Assembly (NCBI GenBank): GCA_963707915.1
Contig: OY970178.1
Coordinates: 1,344,001-1,408,000 of the forward strand
Direction: 5' to 3'
From: Candidatus Eiseniibacteriota bacterium
Lineage (GTDB): Bacteria; Eisenbacteria; RBG-16-71-46
Length of the DNA stretch: 64,000 nucleotides
Shown here: positions 53,103 to 64,000 of the stretch, one piece after another
Numbering within the stretch: position 1 is the stretch's first letter
Layout: each line of letters opens with the position of its first letter
Notes under the pieces: generated by a model
Database searches by the model: none
Seen by the model: only the letters and a program-made list of their open reading frames with translations
Told to the model about the DNA's origin: nothing
Made by a program: the position numbers and the translations under genes

Positions 53103-53714
53103 TCAGCCGGCGGTCATCAGGACCGCGAAGAGCACCAGCCAGACAGCATCCAGGAAGTGCCAGTACATCGAGAGGAGCACGACCCCGCCGTGATGATCGG
53201 GCGTGTAGCGCCCCTGCCCGGCGCGGCGCGCGGCGAGGGCCATCGGCACGAGTCCTCCCACCACGTGGATCCCGTGCAGGCCCGTCAGGAGGTAGAAGGT
53301 GAAGGCGTAGAGGTTGCTCTGGGCCGGCAGGTTCTCCACCCGCAGCAGGTGGACCCAGTTCAGGACCTGGCTGACCAGGAACGCCGCCCCGAGCAGTGTC
53401 GTGCCGGCCAGCCAGCGCACGAGGGCGCGGGACCGGCCCGCGCGGGCGCTTCCCAGGGCCCGGTGCATCGTGAGGCCGCTCAGGAGCAGGAGCAGCGTGC
53501 TGATCCAGAGCCCTCCGGGGAGTCGAGGGCTGCCTTCGGGCGGCCAGGTGGGCGCACGCATCCTCACGGCCAGGTACCCGACGATGCTGGCCAGGAAGAG
53601 CATCCCGATGGCGACCAGGAACAGGGTCATCCCGAACCGGGCCCGCTCGGCCGCAGCGGTGCCGGAATCCGCCGGGCGCGGGCCTTCGGTCTCAGGGACG
53701 GATGGCGGGCGCAT
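53103..53714 (-). CDS. coxC: Cytochrome c oxidase subunit III (second copy)
   Basis: FYLLTGLHGIHV, YWHFLDAVW. Confidence 0.85.
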   Translation of the reverse strand: MRPPSVPETEGPRPADSGTAAAERARFGMTLFLVAIGMLFLASIVGYLAVRMRAPTWPPEGSPRLPGGLWISTLLLLLSGLTMHRALGSARAGRSRALVRWLAGTTLLGAAFLVSQVLNWVHLLRVENLPAQSNLYAFTFYLLTGLHGIHVVGGLVPMALAARRAGQGRYTPDHHGGVVLLSMYWHFLDAVWLVLFAVLMTAG

Positions 53715-54087
53715 ATCCCGGGATCATCTCCGGCTGGTAGCTCTGCGTGTCGAGGAGGGCCAGACCCACGAAGAGCGTGACGAATACCAGGGCGGCAAGC
53801 AGGATGACGGCGTAGACCGGACGGTCGTAGCGCAGGTGCATGAAGTAGAGCGCCACCAGGCAGGCCTTGGTCGTGGCGATCACCATGGCGAGCCAGAGAT
53901 TCATCCCCCCGAGGTCGACCTTCGCCGCCGCGAGGGTGAGCCAGGTCAGCAGGGCGAGCACGGCCCAGACCCCGAGCAGGATCCCGGGGGAAAGGACATG
54001 CCCGAGGGCAGGCCTGCCGGAGACGCGGACCTCTCCTGCCCCCTGCGCCTGCCCTGACTGACGGTCGTGCATCGTCGACTCGCTCAT
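53692..54087 (-). CDS. coxD: Cytochrome c oxidase subunit IV
   Basis: LLTWLT, IATTKACLVALYFMHLRYD. Confidence 0.85.
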   Translation of the reverse strand: MSESTMHDRQSGQAQGAGEVRVSGRPALGHVLSPGILLGVWAVLALLTWLTLAAAKVDLGGMNLWLAMVIATTKACLVALYFMHLRYDRPVYAVILLAALVFVTLFVGLALLDTQSYQPEMIPGYAPAIRP

Positions 54088-54142
54088 CTCTTCCGTTCCG
54101 TGCGGGGCCGTCTCCGGCCCGGTTCGGTCGACTCCCTCCGGC

Positions 54143-55024
54143 TCAGCGGATCAGGTAGAGCAGGGGGAACAGGTAGATCCAGATCATGTCCACCAGGTGC
54201 CAGTAGAGCGCGGTCAGCTCGACCGGCGTGAAGTACGCGGCGCCGAACTCACCCCGAAGCGCCCGGCGCAGGAGCCAGACGAACGCGGTCATGCCCGCCA
54301 CGACGTGGAGGGCGTGGAGCCCGGTCATGGCGAAGTAGATCCCGAAGAACACCTGGACGTTCCGGGGCCGTTCCCCTGGCATCCCCTCGGTCCCGGACGC
54401 ACCCGCGCGCCCGGCGCCCAGGCCCCGCTCCGCCGGGGCCAGGCCCGCTGGACCTCGAGCCGCCAGGGGAATCGTCGAGTGGACGTCCATCGGGTCCGCG
54501 CTCGTGGCCGGAACGGCCGAAGCGACGTTCCCCGGCGGGAGGGATCCCGCAGGCGAGGCGCGCTCGCGGCCACGGACGGCGGCCTCGACCGGATGGAACC
54601 TGCGCCCCCAGAGGAGCCCGTGCTTCCACTTCTGCTCGTACTCCACCGCCTTGATCCCGAGGAAGCCGCAGGCGCAGAGCAGGGTCGCCAGGATCAGGCC
54701 GATCAGGAGTCTCCGCTGGCCCAGCTGGGCGGCGCGCACGGCCCAGGCCGCGGTCAGGCTGCTCAGGATCAGGATCAGGGTGTTGATCGCGCCGAGCGAC
54801 TTGTCCAGGAAGCGGTGCGGCGTAGACGAAGATCTCGGGGTGGTTGGCCCGGTAGACGGCGTAGGCGCAGAAGAGCCCGGAGAAGAGGAGGATCTCCGTG
54901 GCCAGGAAGAGCCACATCCCCGTCTTGGCCGATTCGTAGCTGCCGTCTCGGATCGTCCGAGCTCCGGGGCCACGGTCGCCCGCGGAGCGCCGGGATCGGC
55001 CGGCATGGAGACCGTCCGACTCAT
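54143..55024 (-). CDS. coxC: Cytochrome c oxidase subunit III with internal soluble insertion; frameshifted near 54820 and ~54940
   Basis: Pieces in different frames: [60 protein letters not shown]. Confidence 0.8.
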   Translation of the reverse strand: MSRTVSMPADPGAPRATVAPELGRSETAATNRPRRGCGSSWPRRSSSSPGSSAPTPSTGPTTPRSSSTPHRFLDKSLGAINTLILILSSLTAAWAVRAAQLGQRRLLIGLILATLLCACGFLGIKAVEYEQKWKHGLLWGRRFHPVEAAVRGRERASPAGSLPPGNVASAVPATSADPMDVHSTIPLAARGPAGLAPAERGLGAGRAGASGTEGMPGERPRNVQVFFGIYFAMTGLHALHVVAGMTAFVWLLRRALRGEFGAAYFTPVELTALYWHLVDMIWIYLFPLLYLIR

Positions 55025-56696
55025 CCCCGATTCACCCATCCCCCCACCCGCTCATCGAAGGTCAGTCCGGTGAAGTCGTAGGGATCCCCCACCACCGGCG
55101 GCTCCGCGAAGTTGTCGTGCGGCGGCGGCGAGGCGCAGTGCCACTCCAGTGGTTCGCGCCCCAGGGATTGGCCGGGGCGGCCCGGCCCCGGAGCAGCGAG
55201 TGGATCAGGTAGACCGCCGCGATCACGAAGCCGACCGCCAGGAGGTAGGCGCCGACGGTCGAGATCCGGTGGTAGGGGATGAACTCGGGCAGGTAGTTGA
55301 AGTAGCGCCGCGGCATGCCCATGGCTGCCCATGATGAACTGGGGGAAGAACGTGAGGTTGAAGCCGACGAAGATGAGCACGACGGCGATGCGGCCCCACT
55401 TCTCGTTGTACATCCGGCCGATCATCTTCGGCCACCAGTAGTGCAGGCCGGCCAGGAAGGCGATGACCGCTCCCGCCCATCATCACGTAGTGGAAGTGGG
55501 CCACGACGAAGTAGGTGTCGTGCAGGTGGACGTCGGTCGCCAGCGCGCCGAGAAAGAGCCCGGTCAGCCCGCCGATGGCGAAGAGGAAGAGGAAGGACAG
55601 CGCGTAGAGCATCGGGGTGTCCAGGCTGATCGAGCCCTTGTACATCGTGGCCAGCCAGTTGAACACCTTGATCGCCGGACGGGATCGCCACGGCGAACGT
55701 CAGGAAGCTGAAGATCAGTGTTGGCCAGCGCCGACTGGCCGCTGACGAACATGTGGTGCCCCCAGACCAGGAAGCCGATCAGCGCGATGGCGACGGAGCT
55801 GAAGGCGATGAACCGGTAGCCGAAGATGTGCTTGCGGCTGAAGACCGAGATCACCTCGCTGATGATCCCCATGCCGGGCAGGATCATGATGTAGACCGCC
55901 GGATGGGAGTAGAACCAGAAGAAGTGCTGGAAGAGGATCGGGTCGCCGCCCAGCCGGGGGTCGAAGATCCCGACCCCGAGCACCCGCTCCACGATCAGGA
56001 GCAGGAGCGGTGATGCCCAGGACCGGCGTGGCCAGGACCTGGATGATGGCCGTGGCGTAGAGCGCCCAGAGGAAGAGCGGCATCTTGAACCAGGTCATGC
56101 CCGGCGGACGCATCTTGTGGATGGTGACGATGAAGTTGATGCCGGTGAAGATCGAGCTGAAGCCGAGGACGAAGACCCCGAGCACCATGGCGACGACGCG
56201 GGTGTTCGTGGTGGTGCTGTAGGGAGTGTAGAAGGTCCAGCCGGTGTCGACCCCGCCCAGCACGATGGACAGGACCGCCAGGAGAGCCCCGGCCACGTAG
56301 AGGTAGTAGCTGCCCAGGTTCATCCTGGGGAAGGCCACGTCCTTGGCCCCGAGCATGAGGGGCAGGACGAAGTTGCCCAGGGCCGCGGGGATCGCCGGGG
56401 ATGATGAAGAGGAAGATCATGATCGCGCCGTGCAGGGTGAAGATCCGGTTGTAGATGTCCGCGCTCATGATCGTGTGCCGGGGCTCGAGCAGCTCGGTGC
56501 GGATGAGCATGGCGAGGATGCCGCCCAGGAGGAAGGCGGAGAGGATCGAGACCAGGTACATCACGCCGATCCGCTTGTGGTCCAGCGTGAAGATCCAGGA
56601 CCGGAACCCGTGGGCGTGGGTGAGGTAGTTGTCCGGCGGGGCCGCAGCAGTCGAGGCCGATTCTCCGATTCCCGGCGACGTGTTCATGGCGTTCAT
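55021..56696 (-). CDS. coxA: Cytochrome c oxidase subunit I, A2-type, multiple frameshifts
   Basis: Fragments [39 protein letters not shown] (YS motif), [25 protein letters not shown] across changing frames. Confidence 0.9.
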
Positions 56697-56763
56697 GGGC
56701 TCCTATGGCCTTCGCCCCGGCCCGCGATCCCCGGGCGCGGAACGCCGGCAGGCGGCGGTTGGG

Positions 56764-57752
56764 CTACCGCACGGTCTTCAGGTACTCGATGATGGCCGTG
56801 ATCTCCTTGTCCTTGATCCTCCCCTTGAAGGTCGGCATCACCGGGTCGTATCCCGACCACGATCTTCGCCATCGGCTCCAGGATCGACTCGCGAACGTAG
56901 TCTTCGTCGGCCGTGACCCTCCTGCCGTCCGAGAGGGGCACGGAGCTCCCGAAGAGGCCCTTGAAGGTCGGACCGATTCCGGCCTTGCCGTCCACCGAGT
57001 GGCAGCTCGCGCAGCCCCGCGTCTCGTAGAGCCGCTGCCCCGCCTCGGCCGGGGGCAGGCGGTCCACGAAGTTCGAGGCGCTGGCCAGCCACTTCTCGAA
57101 ACCTCCCGGCTCGTGCACGACGACCTCGGAGAGCATCCGGGAGTGCCCGGCCCCGCAGTACTGCGGAGCAGATCAGGGGGTACCTGCCCGGCCTGGTGGC
57201 CTGGAACCAGGCCTTGTTGTAGCGCCCGGGCACGACGTCCTTCTTCAGGCGGAAGGCCGGCACGTAGAGCAGTGGATCACGTCCTCGGAAGTCATGACCA
57301 GGCGCACCGGCGTGTTCACCGGCACGTGCAGGGTGGCGTCGGTGTACCCGTTGGGGTAGGTGAACTGCCAGGCCCACTTCTGCGCCGTGACCAGGATCTC
57401 GTAGGCGTTCTGCGGCGCGACGCTCATGTCCAGGTAGGTCTTGAAGCCGAAGTAGAAGATGACCAGCACCAGGACGAGCGGGATGATGGTCCAGGTCAGT
57501 TCCAGCGCGATGTTGTGCGTGGGGGTCGCCACCGCCTCCACCCCCGGCCGGCGCCGGTAGCGCACGACGAACAGCGTCATGAGCACGACCACGAGCAGGA
57601 AGAAGACGACGGAGATGATGAGGATGAACTCGAAGAGTCGATCCACCTCGGGCGCAAACGTCGATCCCTGGACCGGCATCCAGAGGCTCGGGTCGCCCGC
57701 CCGCCAGGAGGAACGAGGCGGGCAGGCCGATCCCATGGAAACCACCGCTCAT
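56764..57752 (-). CDS. coxB: Cytochrome c oxidase subunit II with fused C-terminal cytochrome c (caa3 type), frameshifted
   Basis: LELTWTIIP, WAWQFTY, SEDVIH, KKDVVPG; CuA motif reconstructs as C-S-Q-Y-C-G-A-G-H-S-R-M; CASCH heme motif; ends IEYLKTVR. Confidence 0.85.
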
Positions 57753-58669
57753 GAACCCGTCCCCGCTTCGCCGGCGCGCCCCTTCGACTTGAGGCTCTCG
57801 CCCAGCCAGAAGCCGAGCAGGACGACCGCCAGGATCCCGGCGGCCGCTCCGCCCACCACGCGCATGATGGCCAGGGCGACCGGCGCGTAGCGACCGGCGG
57901 CGGCGTCGTAGTGGAAGCAGTAGAGGACCAGCTGGTCGAGGGTGGTGCCGATCTTCCCCTGCGAGGCCTCCAGGAGCCCCAAGCGCAGCGTCTGCCGTTC
58001 GTATTGGATCCCATAGAGATAGCGGGAGAGGCGCCCGTCCGGGGTGCAGAGCATCGTCACCGCCGTGTGCATGAACTGCCGGGTCTTCGGGTCGTAGCGG
58101 TAGCCGAACCCGACCGCCCGGGCCAGCGCGGTGATGCTCTCCTGCCTGCCGGTGAGGAAGTGCCAGCCCGCCCCGGCGCCCGGACGTCCGTAGGTCTCGA
58201 GGTAGTTCTCCTTCTTGATCCGGGCGAGGGCCGGGGTCTCGGCCGGGTCGATGCTCACCGTGACGATCTCGAAATCCTTCCCCATTCGCCAGGCGAGCCC
58301 CTTGATGCCCTCGACCACGCCGTTCAGGACCAGCGTGCAGAGCATGGGACAGGTGTAGTAGGCCAGATTGAGGATGACCGGGCGCTTCCGCTCGAAGTAC
58401 TCGCCCAGGCGGACGGTTCGCCCCTCTTCGTCGGCGAAGTCCAGATCGAGCGGGAGCCGCGCGTCAAGGTGCTCGGTGATTCCGACCCCCTCCAGCTCCT
58501 TGGGCAGCGGCTCGGTGCGGTCCTTCTCCGTCACGGCTCCCGGAGGCGGTCCCGGGGCGGTCGGGCCGGCGCCCGCCCCGAGCGATCCGGCCGACCCGAC
58601 GGCCGCGGCCGTCCCCGGCGGGCCCGCGAGGACCAGCCAGAGCAGGATGGTGACGGCACCGCGCCTCAT
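57749..58669 (-). CDS. SCO1/SenC family copper chaperone
   Basis: YYTCPMLC (CxxxC), VSIDP, WHFLTG, FMH, LYCFHYD. Confidence 0.9.
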   Translation of the reverse strand: MRRGAVTILLWLVLAGPPGTAAAVGSAGSLGAGAGPTAPGPPPGAVTEKDRTEPLPKELEGVGITEHLDARLPLDLDFADEEGRTVRLGEYFERKRPVILNLAYYTCPMLCTLVLNGVVEGIKGLAWRMGKDFEIVTVSIDPAETPALARIKKENYLETYGRPGAGAGWHFLTGRQESITALARAVGFGYRYDPKTRQFMHTAVTMLCTPDGRLSRYLYGIQYERQTLRLGLLEASQGKIGTTLDQLVLYCFHYDAAAGRYAPVALAIMRVVGGAAAGILAVVLLGFWLGESLKSKGRAGEAGTGS

Positions 58670-58992
58670 GGCGCCGCCTTCTTGGCTCCGCCTTGCTCCC
58701 GCACGATCAGCTCCATGGCCCGCTCGATGGGGATCGCGACGACCCCCTTCCGGGGATCGATCCATCGGTAGGAATGAAGCTCCTCCAGCTGCTGCGCCCG
58801 CAACCGCGCCAGCTCCTCGGGGACCTGCGAGTCGACCTTGCTGACCCGCTCCGCCTCCTGCGCGTTGTAGAAGAAGGCCTGGAGAGCGACGATGATGACG
58901 AACACGAGCAGGGTCCCCACCACCGTGACCACGATGGTCATGGGAGCCCGGGGGTCGTCCTCTCTCGATTCGGTCCGTGTCAACGCGCCCAC
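58666..58992 (-). CDS. Small single-TM protein, ActG-like
   Basis: One TM helix; LHSYRWID...IPIERAMELI. Lies between actF and sco. Confidence 0.6.
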   Translation of the reverse strand: MGALTRTESREDDPRAPMTIVVTVVGTLLVFVIIVALQAFFYNAQEAERVSKVDSQVPEELARLRAQQLEELHSYRWIDPRKGVVAIPIERAMELIVREQGGAKKAAP

Positions 58993-58993
58993 C

Positions 58994-60208
58994 TCAGGCG
59001 TTCTCGAAGGCCAGCGACTCCGCCAGCCGGGGGTCCTTCAGCGGGATGAGCGGACGGTCGCGCAAGCGCCAGGCCGTCCCTGCCAGGCAGAGCCCTCCGA
59101 CCCCGAGGGCGCAGGTCAGGTCCAGCAGGTGCAAGGGCACCCTCCCGGGGCTGACTCCGGGCATGACCAGCCAGTAGACGTCCACGTAGTGCATGAGGAG
59201 CACCCAGGCGGCGATCGGCCCGAAGAGCTTCGGCCTGCGCTTGACGAAGCGCGGCAGGAGGAGGACGAAGGGCAGGAGGAAGTGCCCGAAGAGGAGCAGC
59301 AGGCTGACGGCGGTCCACTGGCCCGTCTGCCGGGCCAGGTACCAGGCGGTCTCTTCCGGGATGTTGGCGTACCAGATCAGCATGTACTGGGAGAACGCGA
59401 TGTAGGCCCAGAAGATCGTGAAGGCGAAGACCAGCTTGCCCAGGTCGTGGTAGTGCTCGTCGGTCACGGCCCCACCCAGCCGCCCCGACCGCTGGAGGAG
59501 AGCCGCCAGGATGGAGAGCAGGGCGAAGAACCCGACCACCGCCGCCGGAGAAGACGTAGACGCCGAAGATCGTGCTGTACCAGTGCGGGTCCAGCGACAT
59601 CAGCAGATCGACGGAGGCGAAGTTGGAGGGTCACGGCGAAGAGGACCATCCCGGGGGCGCTGGTGCGCTCGCGCTGCAGGGTCCAGCGCGGATCCCCGGT
59701 CCTCCTCCTGGCGGAGCGAGCGGGTCCAGAAGTAGCGGGCCAGCCAGATCCAGAGGCGAAGTAGACGACCCAGCGGACGACGAAGAAGGGCGGGTTCAGG
59801 TACGGCTGCTTGGCCGCCGTCAGCGGGTCCGCGGCCAGCGACCCTGGCGTCGGCCCAGGGTAGAGCGCCCGCAGACCGAACAGGAGCGGCAGGAAGAGGA
59901 GCGCCAGGAGCGGCAGGTTCATGGCCAGGGCCTCGGCCAGCCGCCGCACGACCACGCTCCAGCCCGCCCGCACGAGGTGCTGCAGCAGCACGAAGAACAG
60001 CGCGCCCAGGATGAGGGTGAGGAAGAAGGCGAAGGCCACCAGGTAGGAGTGGAGCAGCCCGCTGGAATCCATCGTGGCAGGCGAAGCCCAGACCCAGGCT
60101 GGCGGCCAGCCCGACCACGCCGACCACGAGGCCCGTCCACGTCAATCGCGGGCCCAGGCCTTCGAGCCTGGCCCTGATCGCGTCGCTCTCCACCCTGTCC
60201 GCTCGCAA
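58994..60208 (-). CDS. actF: Alternative complex III subunit ActF, frameshifted
   Basis: Fragments AGWSVVVRRLAE, YLNPPFF, MSLDPHWYSTIFG, HYHDLGK..FAFTIFWAY..FSQYMLIWYANIPEE. Confidence 0.85.
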
Positions 60209-60220
60209 GCCTCCTCCTCC

Positions 60221-60915
60221 TCAGCGCAGCGCGGGGCGCAGCTCGGGCGGCACATCGTCCACCGTGGCGTGCCGGCTTCGCTGCAGGGCCCGGACGTAGG
60301 CCACGATGGCCCAGCGGTCGCGCTCCGGGATCTGCGCGCCGTAGGCCGGCATGTTCCGGATGCCGTTGGTGATCGTGTTGTACAGGTGGCCGACCGGGCG
60401 GTCCACGACGAGATCACCGGTCAGGTCGGCAGGCGGAGCCCAGGTCCCCTCCTGCAGGCGGTCCGCCCGCACGTTGACGATGCCGTCCCCCCGGCCGGCC
60501 AGGCCGTGGCAGGGCGCGCAGTAGATGTCGAATCGCTCCTGCCCCCGCCGGAGAGACTCCTCCGTCAGCGGCACGGGGAAGGTCTCGGCCCACCGGCCCA
60601 CACTCTGGCCGCGATGGAAGAGCGTGTCCAGGCCGGCCTCCCCCCGCGCCACCGCCCCGGCCACCGGGGGACGCATGGCCCGTCCATCGGCGAAGAGGGG
60701 GTTGCCGCTCTGGGCCTTGAACTTCGGCTGCTGATCCATGTCCGGGATGATCTGGATGGCGCGTATGCGGCGGGTCGGTCACCGCGCGCTTCCGCGCGAT
60801 CAGGGCGGGCGGCACGAGGGCGAGCACGGCCAGGACGCAGAGGGCGGGCACGACCCAGCGCGGGCAGGGGGCCCGAAGGGGAAGGCTTGCGACCGCCGGT
60901 ATCCATCGGGCTCAT
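60221..60915 (-). CDS. actE: Alternative complex III monoheme cytochrome c ActE, frameshifted at the 5' end
   Basis: MDQQPKFKAQ, FADGRAMRPPVAG, YCAPCHG, NMPAYG, DRWAIVAYVRALQ. Confidence 0.85.
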
Positions 60916-61454
60916 TCCTCCACCAGCTCGACGTGGACGCTGCCCAGGCACTCGAGGAAGTCCTGGACCGGCTCAGCCGTCGAACTTCGGATCCCGCGCC
61001 TCGATGCTGATGAAGAACCGGTCCTGGGTGGCCCGGCGGAACCGCTCGCTGGAGAAGAGTGGATGGTGGTACTCCGGCAGGAGATTGAAGGCCAGCATTC
61101 CGAGGAAGGCCCCCAGCGCGCTGAAGAGGACCGTCAGCTCGAAGAAGATCGGGATGTTGGCGGGCAGGCCGAAGAGCGGCTTCCCGCTGATGAGGAACTT
61201 GTAGTCGACGCCGTTCATCCACCACTGCATGAGGAGGGCCAGCCCTCCCCCGATCAACCCGCCCCCCAGCACGACGAGCGGAAGCCGGGTCGTGCGGATC
61301 CCCATGGCGTCGTTCAGGCCGTGCACCGGGAAGGGAGCGTGCGCGTCCCAGCGCTGGAATCCGGCGTCGCGGCACCTGGGCCGACGCGGCCAGCAGGTCC
61401 TCGACGGTGGCGAACTCCGCCAGCAGGCCCCACACCCTGCGCGTTCGCCTTCAT
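60912..61454 (-). CDS. actD: Alternative complex III subunit ActD (DUF3341), frameshifted
   Basis: GLLAEF, PFPVHGL, ISGKP, IPIFFELTVL, RATQDRFFI. Confidence 0.8.
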
Positions 61455-62948
61455 GGCCTTCTCCCCTCCAGGAGCCTCCGGCAGTGGCTGACGTCGTGCT
61501 GCTGCGGGATGTCGCCGTGATAGTCCCCCTGCCCCCGGTGCCCCGCCTCGTCCAGGCGGGCCTGGGGCATGACGCTCTTGACCTCGGCCATGGCCACCAT
61601 CGGGAGGTACCGGAGGAAGAGGAGGAAGAGCGTGAAGAAGAGCCCGAAGGAGCCGGCGAAGGTCAGGACGTCCACGTAGGTCGGCCGGAAGTATCCCCAG
61701 GAGGAGGGCAGGAAGTCGCGGCTGAGCGAGGTCACGATGATGACGAACCGCTCGAACCACATCCCCACGTTGACCAGGATCGACCACCACCAAGAGGACC
61801 CAGAGGTTGGTCCGCGGCCTTCTTCGACCAGAAGACCTGCGGCACGAGCACGTTGCAGATGACCATGATCCAGTAGGCCCAGGCGTAGGGCCCCAGGGCC
61901 CGGTTGAGGAACGGTGAACCTCTCGACCGGATTCCCGCTGTACCAGGCGGTGAAGAACTCGACTGCCATAGGCGAAGCCCACCATGGCTCCCGTCGCGAG
62001 CAGGATCTTGGCCATGTTCTCGAGGTGGCGCAGCGTGATGAGCTCCTTGCAGCCCGAAGAACTGGCGCGAGGGGATGAGCAGCGTCAGCACCATGGCGAA
62101 GCCGCTGAAGATCGCCCCGGCCACGAAGTAGGGCGGGAAGATCGTGGTGTGCCAGCCCGGCGAGCTGGGAGACGGCGAAGTCGAAGCTCACCACCGAGTG
62201 CACGCTGAGCACGAGCGGCGTGGCCAGGGCGGCCAGGAGCAGGTAGGCCACCTCGTAGCGGTGCCACTGCCGGTTCGATCCCCGCCAGCCCAGGGCCGAA
62301 CAGGCCGTAGACGAACCCCCGCATCTTCGTCCGGGCCCGATCGCGCAGGGCGGCCAGGTCGGGGATCATGCCCATGTACCAGAACATGAGCGAGACCAGC
62401 GACGTAGGTGCTGACGGCGAAGACGTCCCAGAGGAGCGGGCTGCGGAAGTTGGGCCACACCGAACATGGTGTTGGGCAGGGGGAAGACCCAGAAGAGCAG
62501 CCAGGGCCGCCCGACGTGGATGGTGGGGAACAGCAGGGCGCAGATCACGGCGAAGATCGTCATGGCCTCGGCGAACCGGTTGATGCCGGTGCGCCACTTC
62601 TGCCGGAAGAGGAAGAGGATGGCCGAGATCAGGGTGCCGGCGTGACCGATCCCGACCCAGAAGACGAAGTTGGTGATGTCGAAGGCCCAGCCGACCGGGA
62701 TTGTTCAACCCCCAGACTCCGACCCCCTTGAAGAAGAGGTAGCCGATCATCGCGAGGAGGACGGCGGTGAGCGCCGAGGAGATCCCGAAGGCGATGTACC
62801 AGGCCCGGGGCGGCCTGGGCCGCTCCACCACCCCGCAGACCTTCTCGGTGACGGTGGTGAAGTCGTTGTCCCCCAGGACCAGCGGCTGGCGGATCGTCGG
62901 GTCCTCCACCGTGGTGGTGTCGAGCACCGCCGCTCGTCCGTCGCTCAT
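61451..62948 (-). CDS. actC: Alternative complex III subunit ActC (NrfD/PsrC family), frameshifted
   Basis: Fragments [59 protein letters not shown]. Confidence 0.88.
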
Positions 62949-64000
62949 CTCAGCCCCTGGTCCCTCGGCTCCCCCGGGTTGCGCAGCCGGGCCAGGTAGG
63001 CGTGCGCGGCTTGATGTTCAGCTCGGCCAGCACGTGCGTAGGAGCGGGGCAGCGCCCTGCAGGCTGGGAGACCCGGCTGGCCGGATCGCTCAGGTCGCCG
63101 AAGACGATGGCCTGGGTCGGGCAGGTCTGCGCGCAGGCCGGGACGATCTCGCCGTCGCGGAGGGCCCTGCGCTCGTTCTTGGCCGCGATCTTCGCCGCCT
63201 CGATCCGCTGCACGCAGTAGGTGCACTTCTCCATGACCCCGCGGCTGCGCACCGTGACCTCGGGGTTGTAGGCCATCTTCTCGGGTCGGCGCGACAGGGC
63301 CTTGCGGTAGTTGAAGAAGTTGAACCGCCGGACCTTGAAGGGACAGTTGTTGGAGCAGTAGCGGGTGCCGATGCAGCGGTTGTACACCATGACGTTCAGG
63401 CCCTCGCGCATCGTGCATGGTGGCGGCGACCGGGCACACCTGCTCGCAGGGCGCCATCTCGCAGTGGGCGCAGGCCACCGGCTGGTGGGCCACCGCCGGC
63501 TCCTCCGGGTCGCCCACGAAGTAGCGGTCGACGCGGATCCACTGCATCTCGCGTCCCCGCCGGACCCGCTCCTTGCCCACGACCGGGACGTTGTTCTCCG
63601 CGGTGCAGGCGACGACGCAGGCGTTGCAGCCGGTGCAGGCCGTCAGGTCGATCGCCATCCCCCAGCGGTGCCCCTCGTACTTCGTGCTCCTGCCAGAGCG
63701 AGACCAGCGGGGGATGCTCACTCCGTTGGCCCGCGAATCCCGGATGCTCCCGGTACTCGGCCAAGCGTCCCCTCGCGCACCAGGACGGGCGCGCGCCGGC
63801 CGGTCTCGCGCTGGCCCACCGTGTCGATGGCGTGGTGGTCCTGGGTGCAGGCCAGCCGGTACCGGCGACCGGTCCGGGACAGGGTCAGACCCCGACCGAA
63901 GTCCAGGGCCCCGCTGGTCCGCAGCCGGAATACGTCGAACCCGGCCCCGTTGCCCACCCGACCCGCCGCCGTGCGGCCGTACCCGAGGTGCACGGTGGCA
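62945..64000 (-). CDS. actB: Alternative complex III subunit ActB (Fe-S C-terminal part), partial and frameshifted
   Basis: [82 protein letters not shown]. Confidence 0.9.
   Translation of the reverse strand, partial: CHRAPRVRPHGGGSGGQRGRVRRIPAADQRGPGLRSGSDPVPDRSPVPAGLHPGPPRHRHGGPARDRPARARPGARGDAWPSTGSIRDSRANGVSIPRWSRSGRSTKYEGHRWGMAIDLTACTGCNACVVACTAENNVPVVGKERVRRGREMQWIRVDRYFVGDPEEPAVAHQPVACAHCEMAPCEQVCPVAATMHDARGPERHGVQPLHRHPLLLQQLSLQGPAVQLLQLPQGPVAPTREDGLQPRGHGAQPRGHGEVHLLRAADRGGEDRGQERAQGPPRRRDRPGLRADLPDPGHRLRRPERSGQPGLPACRALPRSYARAGRAEHQAAHAYLARLRNPGEPRDQGLR

Overview
High-GC bacterial chromosomal segment, almost entirely coded on the minus strand. The FlgD-Ig/'PNP(F)' C-terminal domains and an 'SWGRVKTLYR' tail suggest an FCB-related lineage such as Ca. 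Eisenbacteria; this is inference only. From left to right it contains: a large secreted protein; a complete MoxR-DUF58-BatA/B(C)/D/E chaperone operon; serA-serC; a ~16 kb cluster of six secreted proteins (13.9-30.1 kb); tRNA-Leu-tig-clpP-clpX-lon; assorted housekeeping genes; cydAB; heme A and heme O synthases; and an alternative complex III plus A2-type caa3 oxidase cluster that is heavily frameshifted, probably by sequencing error. The most novel element is the secreted-protein cluster. Three large proteins with unrelated N-terminal cargo (beta-helix plus 74-aa repeats; 14 FG-GAP repeats; an alpha/alpha-toroid-like domain) share one C-terminal cassette: cohesin-like, YPEYDD domain, duplicated dockerin-like motif, cohesin-like, FlgD-Ig. 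Three small cohesin-like proteins flank them. This suggests a cellulosome-like, non-cellulolytic modular surface assembly. One cassette copy shows a sharp codon-usage switch at the domain border, consistent with cassette swapping. No CRISPR array, integrase or transposase was seen. All calls were made by eye from motifs, without database searches.
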